In this document: positions 25,129-36,357 of the stretch, one piece after another | Layout of the letters: each line of letters opens with the position of its first letter | How positions within the stretch are numbered: position 1 is the first letter of the stretch | Source of the DNA: an uncultured Erysipelotrichaceae bacterium | GTDB taxonomy: Bacteria; Bacillota_I; Bacilli_A; RFN20; CAG-826 | Direction: 5' to 3' | Length of the DNA stretch: 64,000 nt | Assembly: GCA_902802905.1 (NCBI GenBank) | Contig: CADCNT010000011.1 | Span: 2,004 to 66,003, forward strand | The notes under the pieces: model-generated | Told to the model about the DNA's origin: nothing | Seen by the model: the letters and a program-made list of their open reading frames with translations, nothing else | Database searches by the model: none | Translations under genes and position numbers: made by a program

Positions 25129-26157
25129 CTAGTCTCTATTTACGTAGTTTTTCTCAATCCACTTGAGATATTCGCCAGATGTGCATTCATCCAACCAATC
25201 TTTATGTTCTTTATACCATTTGATGGTCATCTTAATACCATCTTTAAACATAATGGTTGGTTGCCATCCTAATTCCCTCATCGCTTTCGCGGGATCAATC
25301 GCATATCTTTGGTCATGACCTTTTCTATCAGTGACATATGTAATTAAAGATTCAGGCTTTCCTAATTCTTTAAGGATAATCTTAACAATATCTATATTAG
25401 CTTTTTCGTTATGTCCACCTAAGTTATAGACTTCTCCCACTCTTCCTTTTTCAAGGACTGCTAGTATTCCTCTACAATGGTCTTCAACATATAACCAGTC
25501 TCTAACATTCTTACCTTCACCATATACTGGTAATGGTTTATCGTGAGTAGCGTTATTAATCATTAAAGGAATTAACTTTTCCGGGAATTGATATGGTCCA
25601 TAGTTATTAGAACATCTCGATATAGTAACTGGTAAACCATATGTACGATAATACGCTAAAGCCAACAAATCAGCAGACGCTTTAGATGTACTATATGGAC
25701 TAGATGTATGTAACGGAGTGTCTTCGTGGAAAAACAAATCCGGTCTATCAAGCGGAAGATCGCCATATACTTCATCAGTACCAACTTGATGGAATCTTTT
25801 AACTTTGTATTTAATAGATGCATCCATTAATACTTGAGTACCTAATATATTGGTTTCTAAGAAGATACCTGGGTTTTCAATGCTTCTGTCAACATGGCTT
25901 TCAGCAGCGAAATTAACCACTACTTCTGGTTTTTCACTTTCAAAAATCTTAAAAATCTCATCACGATTTCTAATATCAGTTTTATAGAACTTGTAATTAG
26001 GATTTTTAAGTTCTTCTTTCATTGTTGATGGATTAGCGGCATATGTTAAAGAATCAACATTCACCACTCTCCATTCTGGTCTTTCTTTTAATAATAATTT
26101 GCAGAAACAGTTACCAATAAAGCCTGTTCCGCCTGTGACTAAAATTGTTTTTTTCAT
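25129..26157 (-). CDS. rfbB: dTDP-glucose 4,6-dehydratase
   Basis: ILVTGGTGFIGNCF Rossmann motif, YSTSKASADLL (YxxxK). 342 aa. ATGA overlap with rfbC. Confidence 0.9.
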   Translation of the reverse strand: MKKTILVTGGTGFIGNCFCKLLLKERPEWRVVNVDSLTYAANPSTMKEELKNPNYKFYKTDIRNRDEIFKIFESEKPEVVVNFAAESHVDRSIENPGIFLETNILGTQVLMDASIKYKVKRFHQVGTDEVYGDLPLDRPDLFFHEDTPLHTSSPYSTSKASADLLALAYYRTYGLPVTISRCSNNYGPYQFPEKLIPLMINNATHDKPLPVYGEGKNVRDWLYVEDHCRGILAVLEKGRVGEVYNLGGHNEKANIDIVKIILKELGKPESLITYVTDRKGHDQRYAIDPAKAMRELGWQPTIMFKDGIKMTIKWYKEHKDWLDECTSGEYLKWIEKNYVNRD

Positions 26158-26723
26158 AAATCAAACACCACCTTTGATTCTTTTAGAGATTTATGTAACT
26201 TATCTTTATCTGATAACAAAGGCTCTTCATCATATGGCCAAACGATTCCTACATCAGGATCATTCCACATAATTCCGCCTTCATCTTCTGGATGATATAA
26301 CTCATCACATTTATAGCAGAATGTCGCGGTTTCACTTAATACGACAAATCCATGAGCGAATCCCCTAGGAATCATAAACTGATTTCCTTTTTCCGCGGAA
26401 AGGATTACTCCATACCATTTACCATATGTAGGACTATCTTTACGTAAGTCTACACATACATCAAATACTTCACCTTCAATACATCTCACTAGTTTTGCTT
26501 GTGGAAATGTCTTTTGAAAATGAAGGCCTCTAAGTACACCTTTTTTGGATTTTGATTGGTTATCTTGAATAAAGTTATACACTAAACCAGCTTTATCAAA
26601 ATCTTCTTTTTTATATGTCTCCATGAAATAGCCACGGTTATCACCGTATTTCTTTACTTCTATTTTATAGACATCCTTAATGGGAGTTTCTATAAATGTG
26701 AAATTTCCAATAGTCTTATTCAT
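26154..26723 (-). CDS. rfbC: dTDP-4-dehydrorhamnose 3,5-epimerase
   Basis: Cupin with the LRGLHFQ motif. 189 aa. Confidence 0.9.
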   Translation of the reverse strand: MNKTIGNFTFIETPIKDVYKIEVKKYGDNRGYFMETYKKEDFDKAGLVYNFIQDNQSKSKKGVLRGLHFQKTFPQAKLVRCIEGEVFDVCVDLRKDSPTYGKWYGVILSAEKGNQFMIPRGFAHGFVVLSETATFCYKCDELYHPEDEGGIMWNDPDVGIVWPYDEEPLLSDKDKLHKSLKESKVVFDL

Positions 26724-27184
26724 ATTTTGTTTACCTTCAATACTATACTTATAGTTAATAATAATGCTTATCTACTTAAATAGATGGCTCGGTGTTAGTT
26801 GTGTCCTACTAACGAACATTTTTTGATGTGATTGTAAAGCAATTGCTTAATCCATAATAGTTGGTTAGTTAGCACAATAGCAAGCATGTCATCATAATAA
26901 TTATTATTAGGGATAAAAACAACTATATTTTTAATTGTGGTTTTCTTGTATAAACCGATTTGAATTTTGCTATTGCTATTTTGTACATTTACATCCTTAA
27001 ACGTTTTTTAATAATCAGACAAATTCATCTCAGAATATCACACTGGGCTAAGCCCAAAAACATGCGATACTTATAGTTCAAAAAAATATGTGTTATATTA
27101 ATTATGTATTTTATATATTCGAAAAAAGTAAGATAAAAACATTCTCTAAATTTAAGGTCTTTTAGAAAGGGGATATGATGAAAA

Positions 27185-27841
27185 ATGAAGCAAAGAATAA
27201 AGCATCTTTTTTTGAACAATAAATTTCTTAACTCTTGTTACACTTTATTTCACCATAACAAGATACATAGTGGCATTTTATTACGTTCTAGTGCAGTTCT
27301 TAAGAACAATAAAATTTTTCAAATTAAAAATTGTAAAAAAAATAGTGTTTTAATAGGTTTTAATTCTCATATTCAAAACACAATCATTGTTTTTCATGGA
27401 AATGACAACCAAATAACAATCGGCGATAATGTTTCCTTAATCAACGCAACAATAAAAATCTTTGATGATAAAAATATAATTCGTATTGGAAATAACACAA
27501 AAATGAGTAATGCAATTTCGATTTACTCTTTGGAAGGACATTCTATTATAATAGGCACAGATTGTTTGTTTGGTGAAAAAATTGAAATTAGAAATTCTGA
27601 TTCGCATTCAATAATTAATAGCAAGGGAATTCGCCTAAATCCAGCAAATGATGTTGTTATCGGTAATCATGTTTGGGTTGGAAGAGGCTGCCTCATTTTG
27701 AAGGGTACAAATATCGGAAACAATTGTGTTGTTGGTGCAAATTCTATTTTAACCAAAAATTACAATGAAGGTTCTTTACTTGTCGGTTCTCCAGCAAAAT
27801 GTTCAAATCAAAACATAAATTGGGACATTAATCGTATCTAA
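27185..27841 (+). CDS. Hexapeptide-repeat (left-handed beta-helix) acetyltransferase
   Basis: ...VVIGNHVWVGRGCLILKGTNIGNNCVVGANSILTKN... One of only two plus-strand genes, flanked by long AT-rich non-coding DNA. Confidence 0.7.
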   Translation: MKQRIKHLFLNNKFLNSCYTLFHHNKIHSGILLRSSAVLKNNKIFQIKNCKKNSVLIGFNSHIQNTIIVFHGNDNQITIGDNVSLINATIKIFDDKNIIRIGNNTKMSNAISIYSLEGHSIIIGTDCLFGEKIEIRNSDSHSIINSKGIRLNPANDVVIGNHVWVGRGCLILKGTNIGNNCVVGANSILTKNYNEGSLLVGSPAKCSNQNINWDINRI

Positions 27842-28029
27842 TAAATTAAGTTTTACTCCCGCATTTAAATACAAAGTTGTTGATTATAAAGTATTAAATT
27901 ACATCATTCTATCAATTATTCATCAATACCATTACACAGAAATCTTTTAGATATTTGGTTAACACTACGTTTGAGTGGGCTTGTTGACATTTCAATGCAT
28001 TATATCTAATAAATGCACAATAATAAAAA

Positions 28030-28920
28030 TCAATATTTTATGCGCCCTGAAGCAACATTCAAAAGGTGCTGACCATATTCGTTATTTTTCATTGACAGCC
28101 CAATTGATTCCAATTCTTTTCTCGACATCCATCCATTTAAATAGGATATTTCTTCCAGACATGAAATTTTTAAGCCCATATTTTCTTCCGTTGTTTTTAT
28201 AAAAAGGGTCGCCTCAACCAATGAATCGTGCGTTCCAGCATCAATCCAACAAGTGCCTCTGCCAAGACGTTCAACGCACAAAAGGTTTGCTTTTAAATAC
28301 AAATTGTTTAAATCAGTAATCTCTAATTCATTTCGAGTAAGGCTTGGCTTGATTGTTTTTGCCAAGTTTGAAACTCCGCGAGGGTAAAAATATAAACCGG
28401 TAATAGCATAGTTGCTTTTTGGGTTAATTGGTTTTTCTTCAATAGATATTGCCAAATCATTTTCATCAAATTCGACAACGCCAAACCTTTCTGGATCTTT
28501 TACATATCTTGCAAAAACCGTTGCTTTATTTTCTTTTTCGGCCCTGTAGACACTTTTGATTAATTTCGATCTTAATTTATCGCCGAAAATAATATTATCG
28601 CCAAGAATCATTGCACATGATTCATTGCCAATAAACTCTTCTCCTAAAATAAAAGCTTGAGCTAATCCATCTGGAGTAGGCTGAACACAATAAGAAATGT
28701 TTATGCCTATTTTGTTTCCATCTCCAAATAGTTCTCTAAATCTAGGAATATCCTGTGGCGTAGAAATTATTAAAATATCTTTAATGCCAGCAAGCATTAA
28801 TATACTAAGCGGATAGTATATCATTGGCTTATCATATACCGGCAGCAACTGTTTGCTAGTCACATTTGTTAAAGGAAATAATCTAGACCCGGAGCCTCCT
28901 GCTAAAACAATACCCTTCAT
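28030..28920 (-). CDS. rfbA: Glucose-1-phosphate thymidylyltransferase
   Basis: [18 protein letters not shown]... 296 aa. Confidence 0.9.
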   Translation of the reverse strand: MKGIVLAGGSGSRLFPLTNVTSKQLLPVYDKPMIYYPLSILMLAGIKDILIISTPQDIPRFRELFGDGNKIGINISYCVQPTPDGLAQAFILGEEFIGNESCAMILGDNIIFGDKLRSKLIKSVYRAEKENKATVFARYVKDPERFGVVEFDENDLAISIEEKPINPKSNYAITGLYFYPRGVSNLAKTIKPSLTRNELEITDLNNLYLKANLLCVERLGRGTCWIDAGTHDSLVEATLFIKTTEENMGLKISCLEEISYLNGWMSRKELESIGLSMKNNEYGQHLLNVASGRIKY

Positions 28921-28932
28921 AAAAACTCCACA

Positions 28933-30027
28933 CTAACCATTTTTAATAATTATATCAAATATCATTGAGTTTACGATATTCGAATCATACTTTTTTCTGC
29001 ATATTTCTCTAGCACAATTGCCCATTGCGTTCAACATTTCTTTATTATCTATAATTTGTATGATTTTATTAGCAAATCCATCGATGTCATTTTTATTTAT
29101 TAAACAGCCAGTCTTGCCATCAATCACCGAATCCTTGTTTCCAACAACATTGTAAGCAATCACCGGCCTTCCACATGCCATCGCTTCTAAAATTATTTTT
29201 GAAAAGCCTTCTCTAAATGAAGTCGAAACAATTATGGTGGAATCAGACATTATTTTATTGACGTTATTGGTTACACCTAAATAATTAATATAGCCATTTG
29301 AAATATAATATTTCAAATCATCTTTCGTTATCTGACTCTCTTCGCCATATAATTCAAATTTAATATCTCTTCTTGTCTCCGATACTTTTTTTGCAACCAT
29401 ACAAAAATCAAATATTCCCTTATTCTTTATAAGCCTAGCAAACATTACAACTTTGTTGTAATTAAAAATAGGTATATAGTTGTACTCTTTGACATTAATA
29501 CCAATGCTTGGTATTAAAATTGTTTTATCCTCACTAATTATTTTTCGAGTAACAAATTCATTTTTGTCATCATTGTTCAAGAAAAAAATAGTTTTAGAAT
29601 ACTTAAATGCCTTTTTGTATAATTTACAAACGATAAATCTAATTATTTTCTGCGAAATACTATTACCTTGAAATGGATCGCCAAGACCCTCTACCATACT
29701 ATATATTTTTTTAATCTCACACTCCTTGGCTGCAAGGGTACCAAAAATATTTGGTTTAATCTGAAAAGTAAAAACAATGGAAGGTTTAATTAATGAGATT
29801 ATTCTTTTTATCTCTTTTTTTAATCTTATTGTTTTGAAAGGATTAATGCTTCTGTTTGAAAAATGAAGTGGATAAAATGAAACCCCAAGCTTATCAATGT
29901 CCTTTTTTCTTTTGTCATCACCAGCAATAACGAAAACATCAACACTTTTTGATTTTAAAAACAATATTAAATCTTTTCTGAAATTAATAATGGTGTTTGA
30001 ATCGTTACAAATAAGCAATATCTTCAT
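28933..30027 (-). CDS. GT4-family glycosyltransferase
   Basis: C-terminal REGFSKIILEAMACGRPVIAYNVVG motif. Confidence 0.8.
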   Translation of the reverse strand: MKILLICNDSNTIINFRKDLILFLKSKSVDVFVIAGDDKRKKDIDKLGVSFYPLHFSNRSINPFKTIRLKKEIKRIISLIKPSIVFTFQIKPNIFGTLAAKECEIKKIYSMVEGLGDPFQGNSISQKIIRFIVCKLYKKAFKYSKTIFFLNNDDKNEFVTRKIISEDKTILIPSIGINVKEYNYIPIFNYNKVVMFARLIKNKGIFDFCMVAKKVSETRRDIKFELYGEESQITKDDLKYYISNGYINYLGVTNNVNKIMSDSTIIVSTSFREGFSKIILEAMACGRPVIAYNVVGNKDSVIDGKTGCLINKNDIDGFANKIIQIIDNKEMLNAMGNCAREICRKKYDSNIVNSMIFDIIIKNG

Positions 30028-30046
30028 AATTTTAAATAAGTATAGT

Positions 30047-31291
30047 TTAAATTGAAACAGAATAAACTAATTTACAATATTTTATATCCTTAATCCTATC
30101 ATCAATCAAATAAAAAATCATAAATAATATAGGGCCCAAAGTGGTACATAAATTATCAACAGACAAAATTATTAGTACAGAGAGTATCATAGGTATACAA
30201 AGAGTATTTGTTTTAAACTTAAGATTTGAGTCAAGAAGCGGAGGAAACATAATCATAAAAAACCATAAAGCAAAAAACAATAAGCCAAAATAAGCCATAT
30301 GGTCCAAAAATGATGAATGCAAGGAAATTGAAGAATAATCGAGCGTCAAATCATTTATATGCCACGCAACTCCAAATAAAGGGTATTTCAAAAAGGAATT
30401 AATACTAACAGCATATATTTGCAATCTCGCTGCTATTACATTTCCTATTTTCCCATAGTATATAAATGAATAAATATCCATAAACCTTTCATAATACATT
30501 ATATTAATCCGATAAAAGCTTTTTGCTAAACTCGGCAAAAAATAATAACCTAGAAAAATCAACGCCAATAAAGAAAATAAAAGAATAGAGAAATATAGTA
30601 GCACATTTTTTCTTTTTCTAAAAAAAGCCAATCCAAAAGTAATAATCAAAGAAATGATACAAGTTAAAAGAGCTATCATAAATCCTGCAGTAATAAGACA
30701 AGAAAACAAGAAAACGATAATGAGGACATACATAATTTTAGAAGAAATAGAGAAATCCATTCTTTTTTTTAGTAAATAATAAAGAAGCAAGTTTATGACT
30801 AAAACATCCATGTAAGCAATCGCGTAAGCCGATGAACTTCTATAAAAAATTGATAGTTTAATTAAAAAGCCAAAAAGAAACAAAAATAAATTATCAAAAA
30901 TAATTAAAGCAATAATTATTCTATACATCAATTTATAGTGTCTCTTTTCCAAAAAAAGAAAACACAACAACGGAGATATAAAAAAGAACGTATCAACTGT
31001 AAACATTTTAAGATATCGAATATTTATTGAGGAAACGCTAACAAAACATTCAATCGAGAAAACAAATGCAATAAAGAGTATAATCAAATAATGCTGTTTC
31101 ACCTTTTGTTTATTAAAAAAGAAATTAACAATTATAAGTATAAAAATTAAACTAATTAGCGAATAATTAATTAGAGTATGTGCTTTTTCACCAATATTTT
31201 TTAAAAACGGCAGCAAAAACAATCCTATAATTATAATGATTATAGATATGTTTAATTTAGGGTAGATTTTATTTTTGATTATTCCTAACAT
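30047..31291 (-). CDS. O-antigen polymerase/ligase-like polytopic membrane protein (Wzy-type)
   Basis: About 10 hydrophobic helices with one larger loop. First ATG at 31291 (the track ORF starts at TTG 31327). Overlaps the upstream gene. Confidence 0.6.
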   Translation of the reverse strand: MLGIIKNKIYPKLNISIIIIIIGLFLLPFLKNIGEKAHTLINYSLISLIFILIIVNFFFNKQKVKQHYLIILFIAFVFSIECFVSVSSINIRYLKMFTVDTFFFISPLLCFLFLEKRHYKLMYRIIIALIIFDNLFLFLFGFLIKLSIFYRSSSAYAIAYMDVLVINLLLYYLLKKRMDFSISSKIMYVLIIVFLFSCLITAGFMIALLTCIISLIITFGLAFFRKRKNVLLYFSILLFSLLALIFLGYYFLPSLAKSFYRINIMYYERFMDIYSFIYYGKIGNVIAARLQIYAVSINSFLKYPLFGVAWHINDLTLDYSSISLHSSFLDHMAYFGLLFFALWFFMIMFPPLLDSNLKFKTNTLCIPMILSVLIILSVDNLCTTLGPILFMIFYLIDDRIKDIKYCKLVYSVSI

Positions 31292-31868
31292 ATTTAGTTT
31301 TCGCTTTTTTATATAGTAAAAGTCCAAAGCTCAAAGCAACTCCACCAAAACCGCCTCCTAAAGCGCCATATAAAGCATAGGTTCTATAGTCATAAAAAGT
31401 ATTGATGGTGTTCTCTGGCTTTGAATAGTCATATACTCGCAAGTTACTAAACCATTGGATTTCATTAATCTTATATAATGATTCATCCATTAGTTCGTTT
31501 AAAATTTTGTAGCAAGGGTCTCTTTCTTTGTAATAAAAAATAATTAAATACTTATTGGTGGGATTTGCGTCATTGTAAGCAGGTAAAATAATATTCTTTT
31601 TTAATTCATCAGCTGTTAGAGAAATCGATAAACACTGATATATTCTATTGATGCAATTATCAAGATTGTCTATGCTTAGTATGGCATCACCAATCATGCG
31701 AAATTTAGATTCTTCTGTAAAATTTGTTGGATTATAAAAAGACGCCTGAGTTCTAAACGATGATTTGTTATCGTTTTTTTTAAACAAGAAAATGGAAAAC
31801 GAAAAAATAGAAGAAAAAAGAAGCGGAATTAATAAAAATATTGAAAGGTTTCTTAATTTTCCTGTCAT
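31269..31868 (-). CDS. Bitopic membrane protein, Wzz/chain-length-determinant-like topology
   Basis: N-terminal TM (LSIFLLIPLLFSSIFSFSIFLF) and C-terminal TM (ALGGGFGGVALSFGLLLY) around a ~140-aa loop. Called from topology only. Confidence 0.4.
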   Translation of the reverse strand: MTGKLRNLSIFLLIPLLFSSIFSFSIFLFKKNDNKSSFRTQASFYNPTNFTEESKFRMIGDAILSIDNLDNCINRIYQCLSISLTADELKKNIILPAYNDANPTNKYLIIFYYKERDPCYKILNELMDESLYKINEIQWFSNLRVYDYSKPENTINTFYDYRTYALYGALGGGFGGVALSFGLLLYKKAKTKYVRNNQK

Positions 31869-31870
31869 TC

Positions 31871-32428
31871 TTAATTCCTTTTGATTATGGATAAATGGCG
31901 CAATAATTCCGAGTCAGAAAACCTATCCTTTACTTTTCTTGCTGGATTACCTGCTACAATTGAATAAGGTTCAACATCATTTAAAACTATACTCCCAGCA
32001 CCAATCACAGAACCTTCGCCTATTGTGACACCCTTGAGGATTATACAATTTGCGCCTATCCACACATCATCGCCTATATTTATGGAACCATCACTTTTTT
32101 CTTCTTTCACAATCTGATCCATGTAGACGCCGACTTTATTCATAACATGATTCCCACCGTGGAAATGCACCCCGGGGCCTATCATAACGTGGTTCCCTAT
32201 ATAAATCGAACCATGTACCGATGAAATAATACAACCGCTGCCAAAGAAAACATTTGAACCAACATGTAAGTCGTCACACGAGAAAAAACAATTTTGGCTT
32301 ATATATATTTTTTTTCCGGCTTCTTTAAACCTTGAGATATAAAAAGCTGCAACAAATCTATTGCTAATTCTTCTAAAGAACAAAATAATCCTTCCAAAAA
32401 AAGAAAACACGGCTTCTATAATCTCCAA
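31871..32428 (-). CDS. Hexapeptide-repeat acetyltransferase
   Basis: [31 protein letters not shown]. Non-ATG (TTG) start, so the exact start is uncertain. Confidence 0.7.
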   Translation of the reverse strand: MEIIEAVFSFFGRIILFFRRISNRFVAAFYISRFKEAGKKIYISQNCFFSCDDLHVGSNVFFGSGCIISSVHGSIYIGNHVMIGPGVHFHGGNHVMNKVGVYMDQIVKEEKSDGSINIGDDVWIGANCIILKGVTIGEGSVIGAGSIVLNDVEPYSIVAGNPARKVKDRFSDSELLRHLSIIKRN

Positions 32429-33741
32429 ACAACAAAGCTGTTTTTACGAAGTGAATCGGCATCATAAATACCTTTCACATCAATAATTATTTTTTTATCA
32501 GTATCCTTAAAAAACCCATTAATCGTTTCTAAAGAGAATTTTTTGAAATCATCGTGAGAAACAGCAAAAACAGCGCAATCGATGTCTTTTAGATCGTTTA
32601 TATTTGATAAAGAAACGTTATATTCTTTCATGGTGTCTGCTGAATTAGCCCACGGATCAAATACGATAGGATTAATGTTATATTCTCTAAATCTATTTAT
32701 TATGTCAGCCACCTTACTGTTTCTGGTATCAGGGCAATTTTCTTTAAAAGTTATACCAAAAATCGCTATTTTTGCCTTCGCAGGAGCAAGTCCTACCTTT
32801 ATTAATTCCTTTATAGTTGAATCTGCAACGAATCTACCCATACTATCATTAACGATCCTACCATTTAAGATTATCTGCGAATGATATCCTAATTTTTCTG
32901 CCTGATATGTAAAGTAATATGGATCAACCCCAATGCAATGTCCACCAACCAAGCCCGGCCTAAATCCAAGTGCGTTCCATTTGGTGTTCATACCATCAAC
33001 AACTTCATTTGTATCTATATTCATTTTATCGAAAACCATAGCAAGTTCGTTCATAAATGCAATATTGATATCCCTTTGTGAATTTTCAACAACTTTTATC
33101 GCTTCAGCAGTCCTAATGTTTGAAACGGGGTATGTGCCAACATCAATAATGATGTCATAAATATTTTTAATTATTCGTAATGATTCTGCACTACTGCCAG
33201 AAACAATTTTTTTAATATTATGCAATCTATGTACTGAATCGCCTGGATTGATACGCTCTGGAGAATAGCCAATTTCAAAACCATCAAATATTTTTAAACT
33301 AGATTCCTTTTCCAAAATCGGAACACAAACATCCTCAGTACAACCAGGATAAACGGTAGATTCATATACAACAATTGATCCCTTCGATAAATTTCGACCC
33401 ACTATATGCGATGCACTAATCACAGGAGCCAAATCTGGAGTGTGGTCATTGTTCACAGGCGTTGGAACCGCGACGATAAAAAACGCAGCCTTCTTAAGTT
33501 CGCTTTCATTAGAAGTAAAATAAACTTTTGTATTAGATATGGCATCATCCCCAACTTCTCTCGTCGGATCTATGCCTTTCTTATATAGTTGAATTTTTTC
33601 AAAATTTGTGTCAAAGCCAATAACATTTAGTCCTTTTTTTGCGAATTCAACAGCAATCGGCATTCCGACATACCCTAAGCCGATAACAGCAATTTTTTCT
33701 TTGCCCTTCAAAACTCTCTCAAACAAATCATTTTTGATCAT
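32416..33741 (-). CDS. Nucleotide-sugar 6-dehydrogenase (UDP-GlcNAc/GalNAc/ManNAc dehydrogenase family)
   Basis: [21 protein letters not shown] motif, catalytic GGHCIGVDP. 441 aa. Confidence 0.85.
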   Translation of the reverse strand: MIKNDLFERVLKGKEKIAVIGLGYVGMPIAVEFAKKGLNVIGFDTNFEKIQLYKKGIDPTREVGDDAISNTKVYFTSNESELKKAAFFIVAVPTPVNNDHTPDLAPVISASHIVGRNLSKGSIVVYESTVYPGCTEDVCVPILEKESSLKIFDGFEIGYSPERINPGDSVHRLHNIKKIVSGSSAESLRIIKNIYDIIIDVGTYPVSNIRTAEAIKVVENSQRDINIAFMNELAMVFDKMNIDTNEVVDGMNTKWNALGFRPGLVGGHCIGVDPYYFTYQAEKLGYHSQIILNGRIVNDSMGRFVADSTIKELIKVGLAPAKAKIAIFGITFKENCPDTRNSKVADIINRFREYNINPIVFDPWANSADTMKEYNVSLSNINDLKDIDCAVFAVSHDDFKKFSLETINGFFKDTDKKIIIDVKGIYDADSLRKNSFVVWRL

Positions 33742-34259
33742 AAAATTCCAATGCTCCTTAACTTTTTTGTTGTTTTTATGTTTGAATTTTTAGTTGTTTT
33801 GTAATAAATCAACGATTCACTTTCATCATATTTTTTAAATCCAATAAGTTCATATAGAGATTTAGCCCTTGAATTATCTTTTAAGACGCTGCAAACTACT
33901 GCCGACAGTCTACGCTTTTCAAAAAAGAAATCCAGTAATAAGCAGATTGCTCTTGCCGCAGTATAACGTGGGGCCGTTTCATCAATCACAATCCTACCAA
34001 ATTCAGCAGAGTCGTTTGTAAAATTATAGAGACCAAGAAAACCAACAGTTATTTTACCCACAACGACTGAAAACATAAAATCGTCTTCTTTTGTCAAATA
34101 ATATTTAAACCACTTCTCTTGATTTTTTTTGCTAATCTTTTGTTTGTTTACGAAAAACATTCGATTCTTGTTTCTAAGTGTTCTTAAATATTCTAGATCA
34201 ATAAACTCTAGTGGCTTAAGTACTAGTTCACTTTGTTCGATGTAATAATCATGTTTCAT
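33738..34259 (-). CDS. GNAT-family N-acetyltransferase
   Basis: 173 aa, GNAT-like core (...GRIVIDE...RYTAARAICLLLDFFFEKRRL...). ATGA overlaps on both sides. Confidence 0.6.
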   Translation of the reverse strand: MKHDYYIEQSELVLKPLEFIDLEYLRTLRNKNRMFFVNKQKISKKNQEKWFKYYLTKEDDFMFSVVVGKITVGFLGLYNFTNDSAEFGRIVIDETAPRYTAARAICLLLDFFFEKRRLSAVVCSVLKDNSRAKSLYELIGFKKYDESESLIYYKTTKNSNIKTTKKLRSIGIL

Positions 34260-35386
34260 CTTACAAATTCGTTCACTTTTTCGATAATTCTTAGCACATC
34301 ATCGTTTGTAAGCCACATGTGCAAAGGCATTGTAATTAAATGTTGACTCACTCTATGAGCGCGAGGACATAAGCCTTTTGAACTATTATAAAGCTTGTAT
34401 TCGGTATTATCTCTATAATGTACGCCACAATTAATACCATTTTTAGATAAATACTCAAGCAGTCCATCTCGATCTGGAACAGCCAATTCAAATAAATGAT
34501 AGCAGCACTCTTCTTTGAAATTAGCAGGGACAACACTAATTAAAGAATTATTTCTAAACCCATCTTCATATAAACGAACAATTTCGCGTCGCCTTTCGTT
34601 CTCTGAGTCTAAATATTTAAGCTGAACCAAAGCGATTGCAGCCATTATAGAGTTTCCATTATACTTATAACCAATGTTGTCAACATCATACTTCCAAGCA
34701 TACGTCCCTTTATTTGAACGAGAATAAGTGTCTTTATTTATGCCACACCAAGCAATTTCTCTGGTTAGCTTTGCATATTTATCTTCTGCCCAGCAAATGC
34801 ATCCACTATCACCGGTTGCCAAATTTTTAACAGCTTGATATGAATAAACAGTAACATCAACGCCATCCCAAGTACCTGGAAATACTCCATCAGCTCTTGT
34901 TCCAGACATATGTGCAGCATCAAGTATTAATTTAAGATTATGTGTTTTACAAATATTAATTATTTCTTTAAGTTTTCCAATTCGTCCACCATATCCAACA
35001 AAGATAACGGCTTTTGTCTTGTTAGTGATTTTCTTTTGTACATCATTTGGGTCAAGGCACAAATATTCATCAACATCGGCAAAAACAGGTTTTAAATTTT
35101 CATACAAAATAGCGTGATTTGTTGAAACAAAAGTAATTGGAGTAGTTATGACCTCATCGCCATCCTGCCATCCTAATTCTCTTTTCAATATATGAAAAGC
35201 CAAATGAAGTCCAACCGTATTCGAATTTAAAAAGTAGGCATTTTTATGGCCCGTATATTCCATCCAAGAATTCTCAAATTGAATGGTTTTAAATCCCATA
35301 CCAGTCCAACCGTTTTCTAAGCATTCTCTAACTGAATCCAAACATTCTTCTACGTGGAATTTTGGTTTTAACACTTGAATCGACAT
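34256..35386 (-). CDS. DegT/DnrJ/EryC1-family sugar aminotransferase
   Basis: Family-typical N-terminus and length. ATG 35386 preceded by AAGGAG (35396-35401); the track ORF begins at an upstream GTG. Confidence 0.8.
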   Translation of the reverse strand: MSIQVLKPKFHVEECLDSVRECLENGWTGMGFKTIQFENSWMEYTGHKNAYFLNSNTVGLHLAFHILKRELGWQDGDEVITTPITFVSTNHAILYENLKPVFADVDEYLCLDPNDVQKKITNKTKAVIFVGYGGRIGKLKEIINICKTHNLKLILDAAHMSGTRADGVFPGTWDGVDVTVYSYQAVKNLATGDSGCICWAEDKYAKLTREIAWCGINKDTYSRSNKGTYAWKYDVDNIGYKYNGNSIMAAIALVQLKYLDSENERRREIVRLYEDGFRNNSLISVVPANFKEECCYHLFELAVPDRDGLLEYLSKNGINCGVHYRDNTEYKLYNSSKGLCPRAHRVSQHLITMPLHMWLTNDDVLRIIEKVNEFVR

Positions 35387-35391
35387 AAAAA

Positions 35392-36357
35392 TCACTCCTT
35401 GTTTTTAATTATTATAGCAATATTTCTTATAGAAATCTTATTTTTGTTAGCCATGTTACTATTTTTGTCAAAACAGTTCTCTTTTATCGCTTTAAAATCT
35501 ATACTATCAAGCAAATAAATGTTGTTTTTTAATATGTTATTATCAGAAAATAAATTTGTATTATCTGTGATAAAAAATTTATCAAATGTTATCGATTCCA
35601 TCAATCGTATTGTACTTGTTGATGCATTGCTTTGCATTATTTCCAAAATTGAACTGCATTTTTGTATTTCGTTTAAAACTTCTTGATAGGACATGCTTTT
35701 GTTGTAAGTAACGCCGGGCAAAGGGACGAGATTTTCGTCATCCACACCATTAATATAAAAATTGCAACTCAGTCCTCTGTTTCTTAAATAAGAATAAGCA
35801 TTAAGAATTTTTTTTAGTCTTCCTTTTGCGTTTCCAACAAAAAAAACATCGTTTTCCTTTGTCTGATGAGAATATTTTTTTGATAAATTATGTATAGAAT
35901 ATGAGTAATAAAAATGATCAAAACCATTTAATTCAGAATCCTTTTTATCAAAAGAAATCTTGTAATCAATCAAATCTAAATAATTTTTGTGTCCCCTGTA
36001 AGCAAAGGAACTTTCCTTGAGAATATTTGTAAAAATGCAACCTATTTTAATTCCGTTTCTTCTTATTCTAACCAGTAAGCATTTGTTTAGTAACAGAGGA
36101 TTCCAGTCAAAAAACCATACGCTATTATATTTTAATAATTCTTTAATAATTCTTTTGCAAACGACAATGTTGCAAAACAACATTTTTTTTAGGATTTTTA
36201 TTCTATTTTGAGTTACTAACTTGTAAGCGATTTTTTGAACCAAATTCATTTTGCTTACAAAATTATCGTTTACGAAGGAAAAATCTGATACTTCGGAAAA
36301 ATCTCCGTAGACAAGTTCACACCAATCAGTCATGTTTCCAAGAACAAGAATTTTCAT
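35392..36357 (-). CDS. Hypothetical polysaccharide-locus protein (possible transferase)
   Basis: 321 aa with no motif I can name. Embedded in the operon with ATGA overlaps. Confidence 0.35.
   Translation of the reverse strand: MKILVLGNMTDWCELVYGDFSEVSDFSFVNDNFVSKMNLVQKIAYKLVTQNRIKILKKMLFCNIVVCKRIIKELLKYNSVWFFDWNPLLLNKCLLVRIRRNGIKIGCIFTNILKESSFAYRGHKNYLDLIDYKISFDKKDSELNGFDHFYYSYSIHNLSKKYSHQTKENDVFFVGNAKGRLKKILNAYSYLRNRGLSCNFYINGVDDENLVPLPGVTYNKSMSYQEVLNEIQKCSSILEIMQSNASTSTIRLMESITFDKFFITDNTNLFSDNNILKNNIYLLDSIDFKAIKENCFDKNSNMANKNKISIRNIAIIIKNKE

Noticed and set aside
36354-36357. Mycoplasma-type genetic code (TGA = Trp), considered because of the Mollicutes-like features
   Set aside because: TGA serves as the stop in several ATGA gene overlaps (36354, 18921, 33738, 26154). 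All long ORFs are intact under the standard code.
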